This document shows positions 8,929-18,915 of a stretch of DNA of 64,000 nt, piece by piece; the first letter of the stretch is position 1; every line of letters starts with the position of its first letter. Origin of the DNA: Prevotellaceae bacterium UBA4332 (lineage in GTDB: Bacteria; Bacteroidota; Bacteroidia; Bacteroidales; Bacteroidaceae); contig DGTQ01000017.1 of the NCBI GenBank assembly GCA_002394365.1, forward strand, positions 188 through 64,187, read 5' to 3'. A program made the position numbers and the translations under genes. The notes below the pieces were generated by a model. That model made no database searches and was not told where the DNA came from. It was given only the letters and a program-made list of their open reading frames with translations.

Positions 8929-11900
8929 TTATTTTACCATGATTTTTTTACCATTTTCTATCCGCACTCCTGACGCTCCAGGACTGACACGCATGCCACC
9001 AATATTGTATATAGCATCATGCACTTCTCCTTTGCTTTGTTTGAGAGAACTGATAGCCGTTGTACCTTCAATATCCTCTCCTATCAACAGTATCTCAATA
9101 GCGTCTTGATTCATGGTGCTTGAACCATAATCATCGATATCAGTAGAATACATATACCATCTATTCGACTTGATCGTGGTTAACCCTGTATTTCTATGAC
9201 TAAGGTTACCTGATGTTGACATATACCAATAGTTGTTTTCAGGCGTTGCCGTTACAGGTGAATATGTACCAGTGAAAGTGTACATTCTCTTGGTAGTTGA
9301 GCAAGTCATAGTACCATTAGTGGCTGCATAAACCTTATTATCTACAGCGCTGATTTCGTGTGTTCCTGCAGTCTTCGCACGAATCATGTATGGTTTATTT
9401 GGCAGAGTAGAACCTGTTTTCTTATTGTAGGAGATAAGATAAGCATCATCATCTGCATTTATCTCTCCATCATTGTTTGTATCTTTAACAGGGCAAATTG
9501 CAAATATCTCAGCAAAGTCAAAAACATCTGCATAGTCCTCTACATTGATTGCAAAAGGAACATAAAGTGCAGCCCATTTATTTGCGTTAGAAAACGTCTT
9601 GGTATATGTCACACCATCTATGTAGGTTTTATCCTCTGTAGCAGTATAGTCTTGACCATCTACAAGGGTAAGGTCTGTCTTGTCTGATACATTAGCCGTC
9701 CAAATAGCGTGGAAATTTGTAGCAGAGGTTATTGCGTATGTAGATACGTTGACTGCATTGTTGCCACCATCTACGGACCAACCGCCGAAGGTGTAATCGG
9801 CACGCTCTGGGTCGGCAGGAGCTATGGCATGAGCACCGCTCGCAACAGTCTGGGTAGCACCCACCTGTGTGCCGACGCTGTAGAACTTCACTTCATACTC
9901 GTCAGCCTCAGTAGCATCAGGTACGAACTTGGTGCCGTCAACATTATAGGTAGTGTATGGACTATTGAGTACAGCAGCTTTGAGTTCCTCCAAATCCTCT
10001 GCTGGTATCGCTGTGGTGTAGTCATCCCACAGCACTACTTTTCCAGCGCCTGAATACTGCTCGCACACCGCAGGCACGTCCATCACCTTGTCGTGGTTAT
10101 GTACGAAGTAGCCGCTCCATGTCTGTGCAGGCAACCATGCGTTGGCGTTTGTGCCACCTGCACTCCACGCATATTCCTCGTCAACCTTAGACTGGTTGAG
10201 GTAGGTGAAGTTGGAGTTGTTGTTTATTATGCGCAGGCAGTTGTCATATACTATGCTGTACTCCTTGTCAAGGTTGATATTGACAGTACCCTCGCCACGC
10301 AGGCGAATAGGAGCCTTGCTGTCCTTGAAGTAGCAGGCGTCAACGTAGCCCACAGAACCAGCACGTAGGTCGTAGCCGTCAGAAGCACCGGTCATGTAGT
10401 TGTTCATGTAGTGCAGATGGCCATAGCGCTGCAGAGGTAGGCGTGAGCCGCTGATGTTCTCAAACATGTTGTGGTGCATGGTGATGGTGCGGTCGTAGTT
10501 GTCGCTGTCGCCCTTACCAAAGAGGCACGCCTTGTAGTGGTCGTGGAAGTGGTTATATGAAAGAGTTATCCACTGCACGTTGTTCTTTATGTCAACCAGT
10601 CCGTCGTAGCGGTCCACGTTGGCAGCATTGCCGTTGAAGAACTCGCAGTGGTCTATCCAGATGTGTGAGCCGCTATCGGTAGAAGCCGATGTAGCATCCG
10701 CCTGTATGCCTATGCAGTCAGGGTCGCCCACCTCTGTCTGCACACCGTCGCGCATAGCCACAATCTTGTTCTCGCCAGCCTTCAAGACAGGCACGCCGTT
10801 CATGGTGAAGCGGCAGTTGCGTATTATCACGTTGTGGGCACACTGCAAGATAAGCGAGATGCGAGATATGAGCGGAGCCTTGCCGCTGGCGTCAGCTAAA
10901 CCTATCAACGTCTTGTTGCTCTGCACCATGATGCGCTCGCCGTAGGTGGTAGCAACACCCTCAGAGCCGTCCTGACTGTCACACAGACGTCCTGTCGACA
11001 AATCATCCACATAAGCCGTCACGCCAGTGGTTATGTCGTGGTCAACGAGGATAACGTATGGGTCGTTTGACTGCAAGTAAGCCTGCAACTCGGTGAAATT
11101 AGTAGCCTTAACCACCTTGCCGCCTGCACCACCAGTGGTGCCGTCTGCGTGGTAGTGAGCAGTGCCAGCCTCGCCCTCGTAGGCAGCGAAGCCGTCAACG
11201 TCCCATGACCTGCCAGAGGTATCACTCTGCTTGGTGAAGTTTGCAGTCAGGGTAATGTCGCTATTCACGGTAACGGTATGTGGATTCTCCACTGAGCTGT
11301 CGCTCCAGCCAGAGAATGTATAGCCTGATGCTGCAGTAGCAGTAAACACTACCTCAGAACCAGCCACCACTGTGCCAGAAGGCGAAACAGTAGCCGAACC
11401 GCCTGTGCCTGCACTTACGCTGACGCTGTATGTGGTAACCACTACAGGTGCAGCCACAGTATAGTTAATGGTGTAAACCTTCTGCGTGCCGTCCTCAGCC
11501 GTAACGGTTACGGTTGTCGTTGCAGCATTATTGCTTATAGAGCCATAATTAACAGAGGCAGAAGCCTTACTGTCCGTACATGTAGCAACAACGGCTGGCA
11601 CTGCCGTAGTACCCTCTGCAAGTTCTATGTTATATACAAGAGTATTAGCCGAGAATCCCGCTACTGTCGTGCCGCCACTCTTCAGGTCAGAGAGAGTGCA
11701 TATGCTGCTCTTGGGGGTTGAGCCACCACGAGTTATTTCAAGTGAGGTTATAGTAGTACCTGTACCATCATAACGATAGAGGTAGAGTTCTGAAGCATCA
11801 GCAGCAAGAGACAACGTACCTGAAGCCTGAGTACTAATATTCTTATTAGATGTAGAAGAAGCAACCACCACACTCTCATTTGTATTACGCATAGCTGAAG

Positions 11901-14469
11901 TGCAGATATAAAGACCAACCGTCTTACCATCGCTCCCCACCTTGCCCGTCAATGTAACGACATCACCATTCTTAAATGTATAACCACTCTTAGGAGTAAT
12001 CTTTACCCAAGCAGCATTATCATTCTTTGAGAGGACAAATGAGGTGGTTCCTGTCAAAGTCACCATGTTCAATGTCTGGGAATTATTCTCGTATGTGGCT
12101 GTAGAAGCAGTTGTGGTGCCCACCGCATCATTGAAAGAATAGACTGTAGTGCTCTCACTTACAGGCTCTGCCACGGTGAAGTTGACGGTATATGTCTTGC
12201 TTGAACCGTCCTCAGCCGTTACCACGACGGTGGTGGAACCTGGAAGTGCCGGAGCTACATTCACCACTGCCGTAGCGTGTTCCTCGTTGACAGTATAGGT
12301 GACCGTAGGAACTACAGTAGTGCCAGAAGCAAGTTCCACGTCATACGTAGTAGTGGCAGAAGAGAACCCTGTAACGGTAGTGCCGCCCACCTTGAGGTCA
12401 GACAGCGTAGCATCATTGCTCTTCGTGGCTGGGGTAACCTCAGAGGCTGGAGTTATCTCGAAATAATAGTAGTGAACATTGCCACTGGTATTGATAGTGA
12501 CCGTGCTACCCTGGCTGACATTAAGTCCAGAGATAGTGACGCGATATACAGTCTGGTTGTTCTCCACCGTTCCTTCTGTCATGTAATCCCCATCGCCAAG
12601 AGCCACACCATTGACGCTCACACCTGTGACTGTGCGTTCAGATGAGCCTGTAGAGCGAGCTGCCAGAACGATCTGAGAAGCAGAAGTGCTAACAAGACCA
12701 AGAGTAATAGATGTGGCATCAGAACTACGATAGACCTTGCCTGTCTGAGCAGAGAGCGGAGACTTGTCAGAGCCGTCACTTACCTCAGTAGAACCGGAGA
12801 ACTTTATGCTCGTAGTACATGTGCTGTTTGTAAACGTCCCGTTAGCCACAACGCTTGCGCCATTAGCCTCAAGCACTGTGGCATTGGCAGCACGTGTAAG
12901 CGTTATGGTGTATTGCTGCGTGGTTCTTCCGTCCTTCGCAGTAATGGTGACGGTTTTACCAGCAGTAGCACCAGCTGCACCATCAAGTGTCATATTGAAA
13001 CTTGTGCCTGCGTTGCTCGTAGCATTAGCCGACAGGGTAAGCACAACTGGTATGGTAGTGCCTGCTGTATAAGGTATGGTAGCCTTGACAGTCGTTCCGC
13101 TGATGGTGGCAGCAACACCATTGATGGTAGCTGCCGTAACATCACAGGCAGTAGTAGAAGCGAAGTTTGCCTTCAACGCTGTATTCTCCGTAATCGTAGC
13201 AACGTAAGGGTTAGCAGTGCTTACAGCCGTACCTGCATTGTTTGTCCAGTTTACGAACTCGTAACCAGAGGAAGGAGTGGCAGTGAATGTTACGCTTGCG
13301 CCACTCTCTACACTTGATGCTGAAGCAGAAGCTATACCACCAGTGCCAGCAGAAACAGAAACAGTCTTAGTGGTAGAAGGAGTAGAACCGCCACCTCCAA
13401 TAGAGCCGTCGCCCTCGGTTATTACACCTGCCGTAGTAACATTCAGCGTTGCACCAGCACCGTATGTAGCATTGGTTACGTTTGAATAAGCTACAGATGG
13501 AGAGAGCACATCATAAGAGTATGATATGCTTGCTATCTTTGAAGCATTTGCATCAGTCAGCGTAGCACCCTTTGCACTATAGCAGTTGTTATACATAGCC
13601 GCATTGGTGCCGCCATAACTCTTGAAAATCTTGTCGGCAGAGAGACTACCAAAGTAGCAACCATCAAAACGCACGCGAGCATTCTCAGGACCTACATAGT
13701 AGTTAGCAACAGACGAAGTCCATACGCAGTTGAGCATGTGGAGGTCGGCATTACGCACACGCGGCATACGCTCACGGCAACCCTCGTCCCACCAGCAGTA
13801 AGCCCATGTTATGGTGTAGGCACCGTCACTCGGTTTTTGCGAGCTGCTAGAACCGATAAGGTTAGTAAAGCGGTGGTCGGCTGCGCCACCTGAACCACCA
13901 GCTTTAGGAGACTTTAGATAGTGGAAGCGGCACCATGAAACCGTTATATTATCCGTATTGCCCTTGTTGTCGAAGTTACCGTCACAACCATCCTGAAAGT
14001 CGCAGTGATCCACCCACACGTTGGTTGCGCCATCAAAGCAGAGGTTATCCCATCCATCACAGTCGTATGCGCCAGGACCTTCAAAGGTGAGGTTACGTAT
14101 GATAACGTTGTTTGAACCCTTACTAAAATAAAGGATACCAGAGGTGCTTGTCGTTTGCTCATTAGAATAGAGTTTCACATCAGGCAGGGCAAGGATTGTC
14201 TTGTTTTTAACCACTGCACTGAAATGGTTAGTAAACTCAATATCCTGAGTAATGATAATCACTGCGGAGCCACTGCTGGTTAATGCTGTCTGTAACGCAG
14301 ACAGTGAATTAACCAAAGTAGGCGTAGCATTGCCACCACCAGTAACGGTGCCGCACTGACCAAAAGGACTTGCCTGATAACCCTGCGCGCCTGCCATAGC
14401 CGTCAAAGAGTAAATTGACAACGCAACGAGGCAGAAAATATTCAGTATGTTATTCTTAAAAGATTTCAT
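8929..14469 (-). CDS. Multimodular secreted pectate lyase with two PL1 catalytic domains, cadherin-like/B-repeat linker modules and T9SS-type tail (1846 aa)
   Basis: Signal peptide; domain 1 NNVIIRNLTF, NVWVDHC, RMPRVR; domain 2 SNKTLIG, HNVIIRNC, HIWIDHCEF, RLPLQR; DATLSDLKVGG..FS..TTYDVEL repeats; TAISS...YNIGGMRV...ENGKKIMVK C-terminus. Confidence 0.88.
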   Translation of the reverse strand: MKSFKNNILNIFCLVALSIYSLTAMAGAQGYQASPFGQCGTVTGGGNATPTLVNSLSALQTALTSSGSAVIIITQDIEFTNHFSAVVKNKTILALPDVKLYSNEQTTSTSGILYFSKGSNNVIIRNLTFEGPGAYDCDGWDNLCFDGATNVWVDHCDFQDGCDGNFDNKGNTDNITVSWCRFHYLKSPKAGGSGGAADHRFTNLIGSSSSQKPSDGAYTITWAYCWWDEGCRERMPRVRNADLHMLNCVWTSSVANYYVGPENARVRFDGCYFGSLSADKIFKSYGGTNAAMYNNCYSAKGATLTDANASKIASISYSYDVLSPSVAYSNVTNATYGAGATLNVTTAGVITEGDGSIGGGGSTPSTTKTVSVSAGTGGIASASASSVESGASVTFTATPSSGYEFVNWTNNAGTAVSTANPYVATITENTALKANFASTTACDVTAATINGVAATISGTTVKATIPYTAGTTIPVVLTLSANATSNAGTSFNMTLDGAAGATAGKTVTITAKDGRTTQQYTITLTRAANATVLEANGASVVANGTFTNSTCTTSIKFSGSTEVSDGSDKSPLSAQTGKVYRSSDATSITLGLVSTSASQIVLAARSTGSSERTVTGVSVNGVALGDGDYMTEGTVENNQTVYRVTISGLNVSQGSTVTINTSGNVHYYYFEITPASEVTPATKSNDATLSDLKVGGTTVTGFSSATTTYDVELASGTTVVPTVTYTVNEEHATAVVNVAPALPGSTTVVVTAEDGSSKTYTVNFTVAEPVSESTTVYSFNDAVGTTTASTATYENNSQTLNMVTLTGTTSFVLSKNDNAAWVKITPKSGYTFKNGDVVTLTGKVGSDGKTVGLYICTSAMRNTNESVVVASSTSNKNISTQASGTLSLAADASELYLYRYDGTGTTITSLEITRGGSTPKSSICTLSDLKSGGTTVAGFSANTLVYNIELAEGTTAVPAVVATCTDSKASASVNYGSISNNAATTTVTVTAEDGTQKVYTINYTVAAPVVVTTYSVSVSAGTGGSATVSPSGTVVAGSEVVFTATAASGYTFSGWSDSSVENPHTVTVNSDITLTANFTKQSDTSGRSWDVDGFAAYEGEAGTAHYHADGTTGGAGGKVVKATNFTELQAYLQSNDPYVILVDHDITTGVTAYVDDLSTGRLCDSQDGSEGVATTYGERIMVQSNKTLIGLADASGKAPLISRISLILQCAHNVIIRNCRFTMNGVPVLKAGENKIVAMRDGVQTEVGDPDCIGIQADATSASTDSGSHIWIDHCEFFNGNAANVDRYDGLVDIKNNVQWITLSYNHFHDHYKACLFGKGDSDNYDRTITMHHNMFENISGSRLPLQRYGHLHYMNNYMTGASDGYDLRAGSVGYVDACYFKDSKAPIRLRGEGTVNINLDKEYSIVYDNCLRIINNNSNFTYLNQSKVDEEYAWSAGGTNANAWLPAQTWSGYFVHNHDKVMDVPAVCEQYSGAGKVVLWDDYTTAIPAEDLEELKAAVLNSPYTTYNVDGTKFVPDATEADEYEVKFYSVGTQVGATQTVASGAHAIAPADPERADYTFGGWSVDGGNNAVNVSTYAITSATNFHAIWTANVSDKTDLTLVDGQDYTATEDKTYIDGVTYTKTFSNANKWAALYVPFAINVEDYADVFDFAEIFAICPVKDTNNDGEINADDDAYLISYNKKTGSTLPNKPYMIRAKTAGTHEISAVDNKVYAATNGTMTCSTTKRMYTFTGTYSPVTATPENNYWYMSTSGNLSHRNTGLTTIKSNRWYMYSTDIDDYGSSTMNQDAIEILLIGEDIEGTTAISSLKQSKGEVHDAIYNIGGMRVSPGASGVRIENGKKIMVK

Positions 14470-14498
14470 CTTTGTATTATATTATAGTTAGCCTTTAG

Positions 14499-17400
14499 TT
14501 ACTTGATTACTTTTACACCATTCCTTATATATATTCCCTTTGTAGCAGAAGAAATGCTTATCTTCTGACCATTAAGGTTATACATAACATTATCATTCTG
14601 ATTATTGCTTTGCTTTATAAGATTGATAGCCGTAGCATTGTCAATGTCCTCACCAACCACAAGTATTTCAATAGCATTTTGATTCTGACTGCCAGCTGTA
14701 GAACTATATCCGTCTAAATCTGTTGATGACATGTGCCACCTATTTGACTTGATTGTAGTTGACCCTGTAACTCTGTGACTAAGATTACCACTGGTTGACA
14801 TATACCAATAAGCATTTTCTGTATTTGCAACTACAGAAGTATAAGTGCCTGTGAACGTGTATCTATTCTTTGTCGTGGAGCACGTTATCGTTCCGTTTGT
14901 TGCAGCATAAATTTTGTTGTCAACAGCCTTGACTTGATAGGTTCCAACTGTTTTCGGACGTATCATATATGGCTTATTTGGTAGTGTTAAACCAGTCTTC
15001 TTATTATAGGAAATAAGATAAGCATCATCATCAGCATTTATCTCACCATCACTGTTCGTATCTTTTACTGGACACACTGCATATATCTCTGCAATATCAA
15101 ATTGATCCGAGTACTCCTCAACATTAATAGAAAAAGGAACATACAATGCTGCCCATTTATTCGCATTGGTAAATGTTTTAGTAAATGTCACACCATCAGC
15201 ATATGTTCTATCCTCTGTAGCGGTGTAATCTTCTCCATCTACAAGGGTTAATTCATCTATTACAAGAGTAGAAGCAGCACGAGTAATGGTGAAATCTGTG
15301 AAAAAAACCGTATTGCCTACAGAACGATAGATGTAGAATGTGGTCTGACCGCAGATACCGTCGCCCTCAGTTACCGTGTAAGTAGGCAGTGATGTCCATG
15401 CTACATCATCTGCAGATGCGACAGAAGACAGAATCATTCTTGGCGTAGGAGCACTGTTAGGACGAGACGATGCTGCACTCAGCCACAGTCCCTGCTCAGC
15501 ATCCGTTCTCGTATATGCGATAGCATTTATCTGGTCACCATCCTGCAGAGCCTGATTAAGCACCACTTTGAAGAAAGTATTGTTATTAGTGATACTGAAA
15601 GCAACCTTACTTGGTGTGCCATTTGCCTTTATCATATTCTTTGCATCCGTCTGCTGACTTGTTGCATACATACTGCCACCACTTATAGTTGCATTGTCTG
15701 ACGTAATCTGCAAGTCAGTAGAGCCTGCCGGCACACTCAGTGCAGCCGTAGCAACGGCAGAAAACAACGTTTCGTCATCACCACTTGGTGTAGCATTAGC
15801 CACAAACTGTGCAGTCAACGCAACATCGCCAGTTACTGTTATAGTATGTGGATTCTCGGTAGAATTGTCGCTCCACTTAGAGAAGACATAGCCAGAGTTT
15901 GGTGTAGCTGTGAAGGTAACAGATGTACCTTCAGCTACTGAGCCTGAAGGGGATACTGAGGCAGAACCGCCTGCTCCTGCTGATGCCGACACATTATAAA
16001 AGGCGGAAGCTACGGTGAAGTTGATGTAGTACTTGCTTGAAGTACCGTCCTCTGCCTCTACGTCGATGATAGCCTGACCTGCAGGGTGACAGTTCTCTGT
16101 ATCAACATATGCTTTAGCCTTGGCATCATTAGGTGTGGCTGTGATTGCAGGTACTGATGTTGTACCTGCTGCCAACTCTACCGAATAAGTGAGAGTAGAA
16201 GATGAGAAGGCTGGAGCGAGAGTGTAACCTGCAACAGAAAGGGCGCTGAGAGTTGCGTCGCTTGACTGTGTTGGTGTAGGATCTGGCTCCGATGTTACAT
16301 CGGCAAAGTCAAGGAAACACATCTTGATAGCTCCACTTTTGGTAAGGGTATGTGTACCTGCTGCTACATCAACAGAAACCGTGTTGCCTGTGCCTGTTAC
16401 GGTAGTGCCATCAATCTTGAAACTTACTGTCTGACTTGCATCAGCTACAAAGGTCATTGTGAATGCCTTGGTAGTGGTGAAGCTGATACTGGTAGATGAC
16501 TCCATCTTGATACTCAGTGAACTGTTGGTAACACCTCCAAAAGTGGCATTGCATGATGTAGAGGTGTTGTAGGTGCCGCTGAGGTAACTCTTATAATTAT
16601 CCGAGCCATCACCGACGTTGATTGTCATAGCATTTGAAATACTCGAGCCGTCAGCCACCGGTTCAGCTGCCACAGAGAACTGTACTTCATACAATTTTAT
16701 AGTGGTTCCATTTTCTGCAGTCACCTTGACAGTTGCCTTGCCTGTAGTGGAGGTCGCCTGAGTAATGGTAACAGTAGCATTGGAATTGTTTGCCGTAGCT
16801 GATACTGTAGGAGCACTCTCCGTACCGTACTTCAAGGTTACAGCGTAATAGGTTGTATTAGAAGAGAAAGAGAGAGAGTAGCCACTGACGTTAAGGCTCT
16901 TCAGTGTAGCATCGTCGGATGTTGTCGGGGTGGGTTCTTCTTCGCCACCACCGCCTTCCACAGCAGAGTCGGTTATGACACCATCCTTGAAATACATTGA
17001 GTTGGTAACCGGAGTATAATATGACGTGCTCTTATAGCCTGCTACATCACTCTTTAGGGATGTTATAACGCCATAGTCGGAGTCATCGGCACTAGTGAAA
17101 GTATATTGATATGTACCATGCTGCATACGACCTGCACCGTATGCGCCCTTAACCACTGAAGGTACGTCAGAGGCATTGTCGGCTGCGTATGAGTACATCA
17201 GAGAGGAATTTGTATCGAAGTTGTCATATCCATCACTGAGCTGGGCAGCCTTTGAGGTCACTATCACTGCATCGTATGATGAAGCTATCTCTGTTACCGC
17301 ACTTTCCTCTGATGCTCCTGCACATGAAGCACTGGCTATAAAGCTTGAGGCACCTGTGATATAGTTGCCGTAAGCCTTTATGTATCCTGTCGTTTCACCC

Positions 17401-18638
17401 GAGAAGGTGCCGTCACCTTTTGCATCCGTACCCTCAAGCGAACGCATCATAGGATTCTTAGTGCCACGGAAGTAGTTGCTTTCTACGAAACAGCTGGCAC
17501 CGGTTGTTACGCCTACACCGTACTTAGACACGCCGTCGAAGTAATTGTTATATACATGGACGGACATGGTACGGATGCGTGGGTGGCGGGAGTCGGAGTG
17601 GTCGAACCAGTTGTGGTGGTAGGTGATGTAGTTTGGTCCGCTCTCGCTCTTCATGCCGCAGAGGCTGGACTTGCCTGAGTCCCAGAAATGGTTGTATGAA
17701 ATGGTAATATACTGTGAGTCGCCCTTGAGGTCGATAGTACCATCACCCTTCACCTGGTCTTTGTCTGAACCAGCGTTGCCATAAAAGAGGTCGAGGTTGT
17801 GAACCCAGATATGGGAGTTGTTAGAATCAAGAGACACACAATCGTCAAGACAGTTCATAATGGCGAAATTGCGCATCTCGAGGTTCTGCATGTTCCTGAC
17901 AAGGAAACCGAAACCATGTATCACGGCATCGTTACCCACACCCTCAAAGGTAATAGGGCAATTTGCATAACCTGAAGCACCTTTTATCTGTATGCCCTCA
18001 GCACTTGAACTGAACATATCCATATCGTCGTATGACAACGTGCCCAGTACGCGAATATCCAGCGGAGTCGTTGACCAGCCATTGGAATATGCCTTTGTCC
18101 AGGCGTTGATGATGGTCTGCAGACCTGTATAGATGGTGGTTTTGTTGGATGCTGAAGGCACGGTCATGGTGATGGTCTTGGCATTGCTCTTGGTGATGTA
18201 GAGAATATTGGCGCCACTCTTCAGTGTACCGTCATCCTTGTAAGCACCCACCTTGTTGGCATTGTTAAAATGGGCAAAGCCACCACGGTTATGTGCCTTA
18301 ACTGTCAAAGCACCTGTAACAACATTTGCCGTTTCAGTACCACTTGCATTGACTGACGCCACCTTTACATAGTAGGTGCCAGCAGAAAGACCCAATACAT
18401 CGGCACGCCCCTTGCTGGAGCCGTACTTGCGCACGAGCTGGTCGTCAATCTTGGTCCAGGGACCAGAGCCTGACGTGGAGTAATAAACGTTGTAGTAAGC
18501 TGAGCCGTCTGGAGTAAATTCAACATAAGCTGACTCAAACCATCCTCCAGACGAAGTAATGGTTGCCGCTGCATGAGCGAAGGAGCTCACCATAATCAGG
18601 AGCACAAGAAGAACTCCTAAAAGGCAAAATCTTTTCAT
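14499..18638 (-). CDS. Multimodular secreted pectate lyase (FN3-like + PL1 + cadherin-like + CBM77-like + T9SS-type tail), 1379 aa
   Basis: GGWFESAYVEF N-domain; HIWVHNLDLFYG, GDGTIDLK, YITYHHNWFDHSDSRHPRIR; IKMESSTSISFTT CBM77-like motif; YNLNGQK...GIYIRNGVKVIK tail. Confidence 0.88.
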   Translation of the reverse strand: MKRFCLLGVLLVLLIMVSSFAHAAATITSSGGWFESAYVEFTPDGSAYYNVYYSTSGSGPWTKIDDQLVRKYGSSKGRADVLGLSAGTYYVKVASVNASGTETANVVTGALTVKAHNRGGFAHFNNANKVGAYKDDGTLKSGANILYITKSNAKTITMTVPSASNKTTIYTGLQTIINAWTKAYSNGWSTTPLDIRVLGTLSYDDMDMFSSSAEGIQIKGASGYANCPITFEGVGNDAVIHGFGFLVRNMQNLEMRNFAIMNCLDDCVSLDSNNSHIWVHNLDLFYGNAGSDKDQVKGDGTIDLKGDSQYITISYNHFWDSGKSSLCGMKSESGPNYITYHHNWFDHSDSRHPRIRTMSVHVYNNYFDGVSKYGVGVTTGASCFVESNYFRGTKNPMMRSLEGTDAKGDGTFSGETTGYIKAYGNYITGASSFIASASCAGASEESAVTEIASSYDAVIVTSKAAQLSDGYDNFDTNSSLMYSYAADNASDVPSVVKGAYGAGRMQHGTYQYTFTSADDSDYGVITSLKSDVAGYKSTSYYTPVTNSMYFKDGVITDSAVEGGGGEEEPTPTTSDDATLKSLNVSGYSLSFSSNTTYYAVTLKYGTESAPTVSATANNSNATVTITQATSTTGKATVKVTAENGTTIKLYEVQFSVAAEPVADGSSISNAMTINVGDGSDNYKSYLSGTYNTSTSCNATFGGVTNSSLSIKMESSTSISFTTTKAFTMTFVADASQTVSFKIDGTTVTGTGNTVSVDVAAGTHTLTKSGAIKMCFLDFADVTSEPDPTPTQSSDATLSALSVAGYTLAPAFSSSTLTYSVELAAGTTSVPAITATPNDAKAKAYVDTENCHPAGQAIIDVEAEDGTSSKYYINFTVASAFYNVSASAGAGGSASVSPSGSVAEGTSVTFTATPNSGYVFSKWSDNSTENPHTITVTGDVALTAQFVANATPSGDDETLFSAVATAALSVPAGSTDLQITSDNATISGGSMYATSQQTDAKNMIKANGTPSKVAFSITNNNTFFKVVLNQALQDGDQINAIAYTRTDAEQGLWLSAASSRPNSAPTPRMILSSVASADDVAWTSLPTYTVTEGDGICGQTTFYIYRSVGNTVFFTDFTITRAASTLVIDELTLVDGEDYTATEDRTYADGVTFTKTFTNANKWAALYVPFSINVEEYSDQFDIAEIYAVCPVKDTNSDGEINADDDAYLISYNKKTGLTLPNKPYMIRPKTVGTYQVKAVDNKIYAATNGTITCSTTKNRYTFTGTYTSVVANTENAYWYMSTSGNLSHRVTGSTTIKSNRWHMSSTDLDGYSSTAGSQNQNAIEILVVGEDIDNATAINLIKQSNNQNDNVMYNLNGQKISISSATKGIYIRNGVKVIK

Positions 18639-18751
18639 AAATGATTTTTGTATAGATAGTTAGTTATATTCTATGCGCAAAGTTACGAAAAAAAATGAAG
18701 AATGACGAATAAAGAATGGGGAATTTCGGGCTGTTTTTACGAATAATTAAC

Positions 18752-18798
18752 GAAGGAGCCTCACTCCCGTAAATGTGTGGGGTGAGGCTCCTTCTTTT
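18752..18798 (-). terminator. Intrinsic terminator after the 1068-aa lyase
   Basis: GAAGGAGCCTCAC / GTGAGGCTCCTTC 13-bp stem. Confidence 0.8.
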
Positions 18799-18915
18799 AT
18801 TTGGACTAAAGTTGTTTGGATTAAGGACTATTTGGATTAAGGATTAAAGCTCCTGACCCGCAGCGCTAAGCTTCGCTTTTCACTGCTTACGCTCGGAAGT
18901 AATTAAGCAAGCTTA

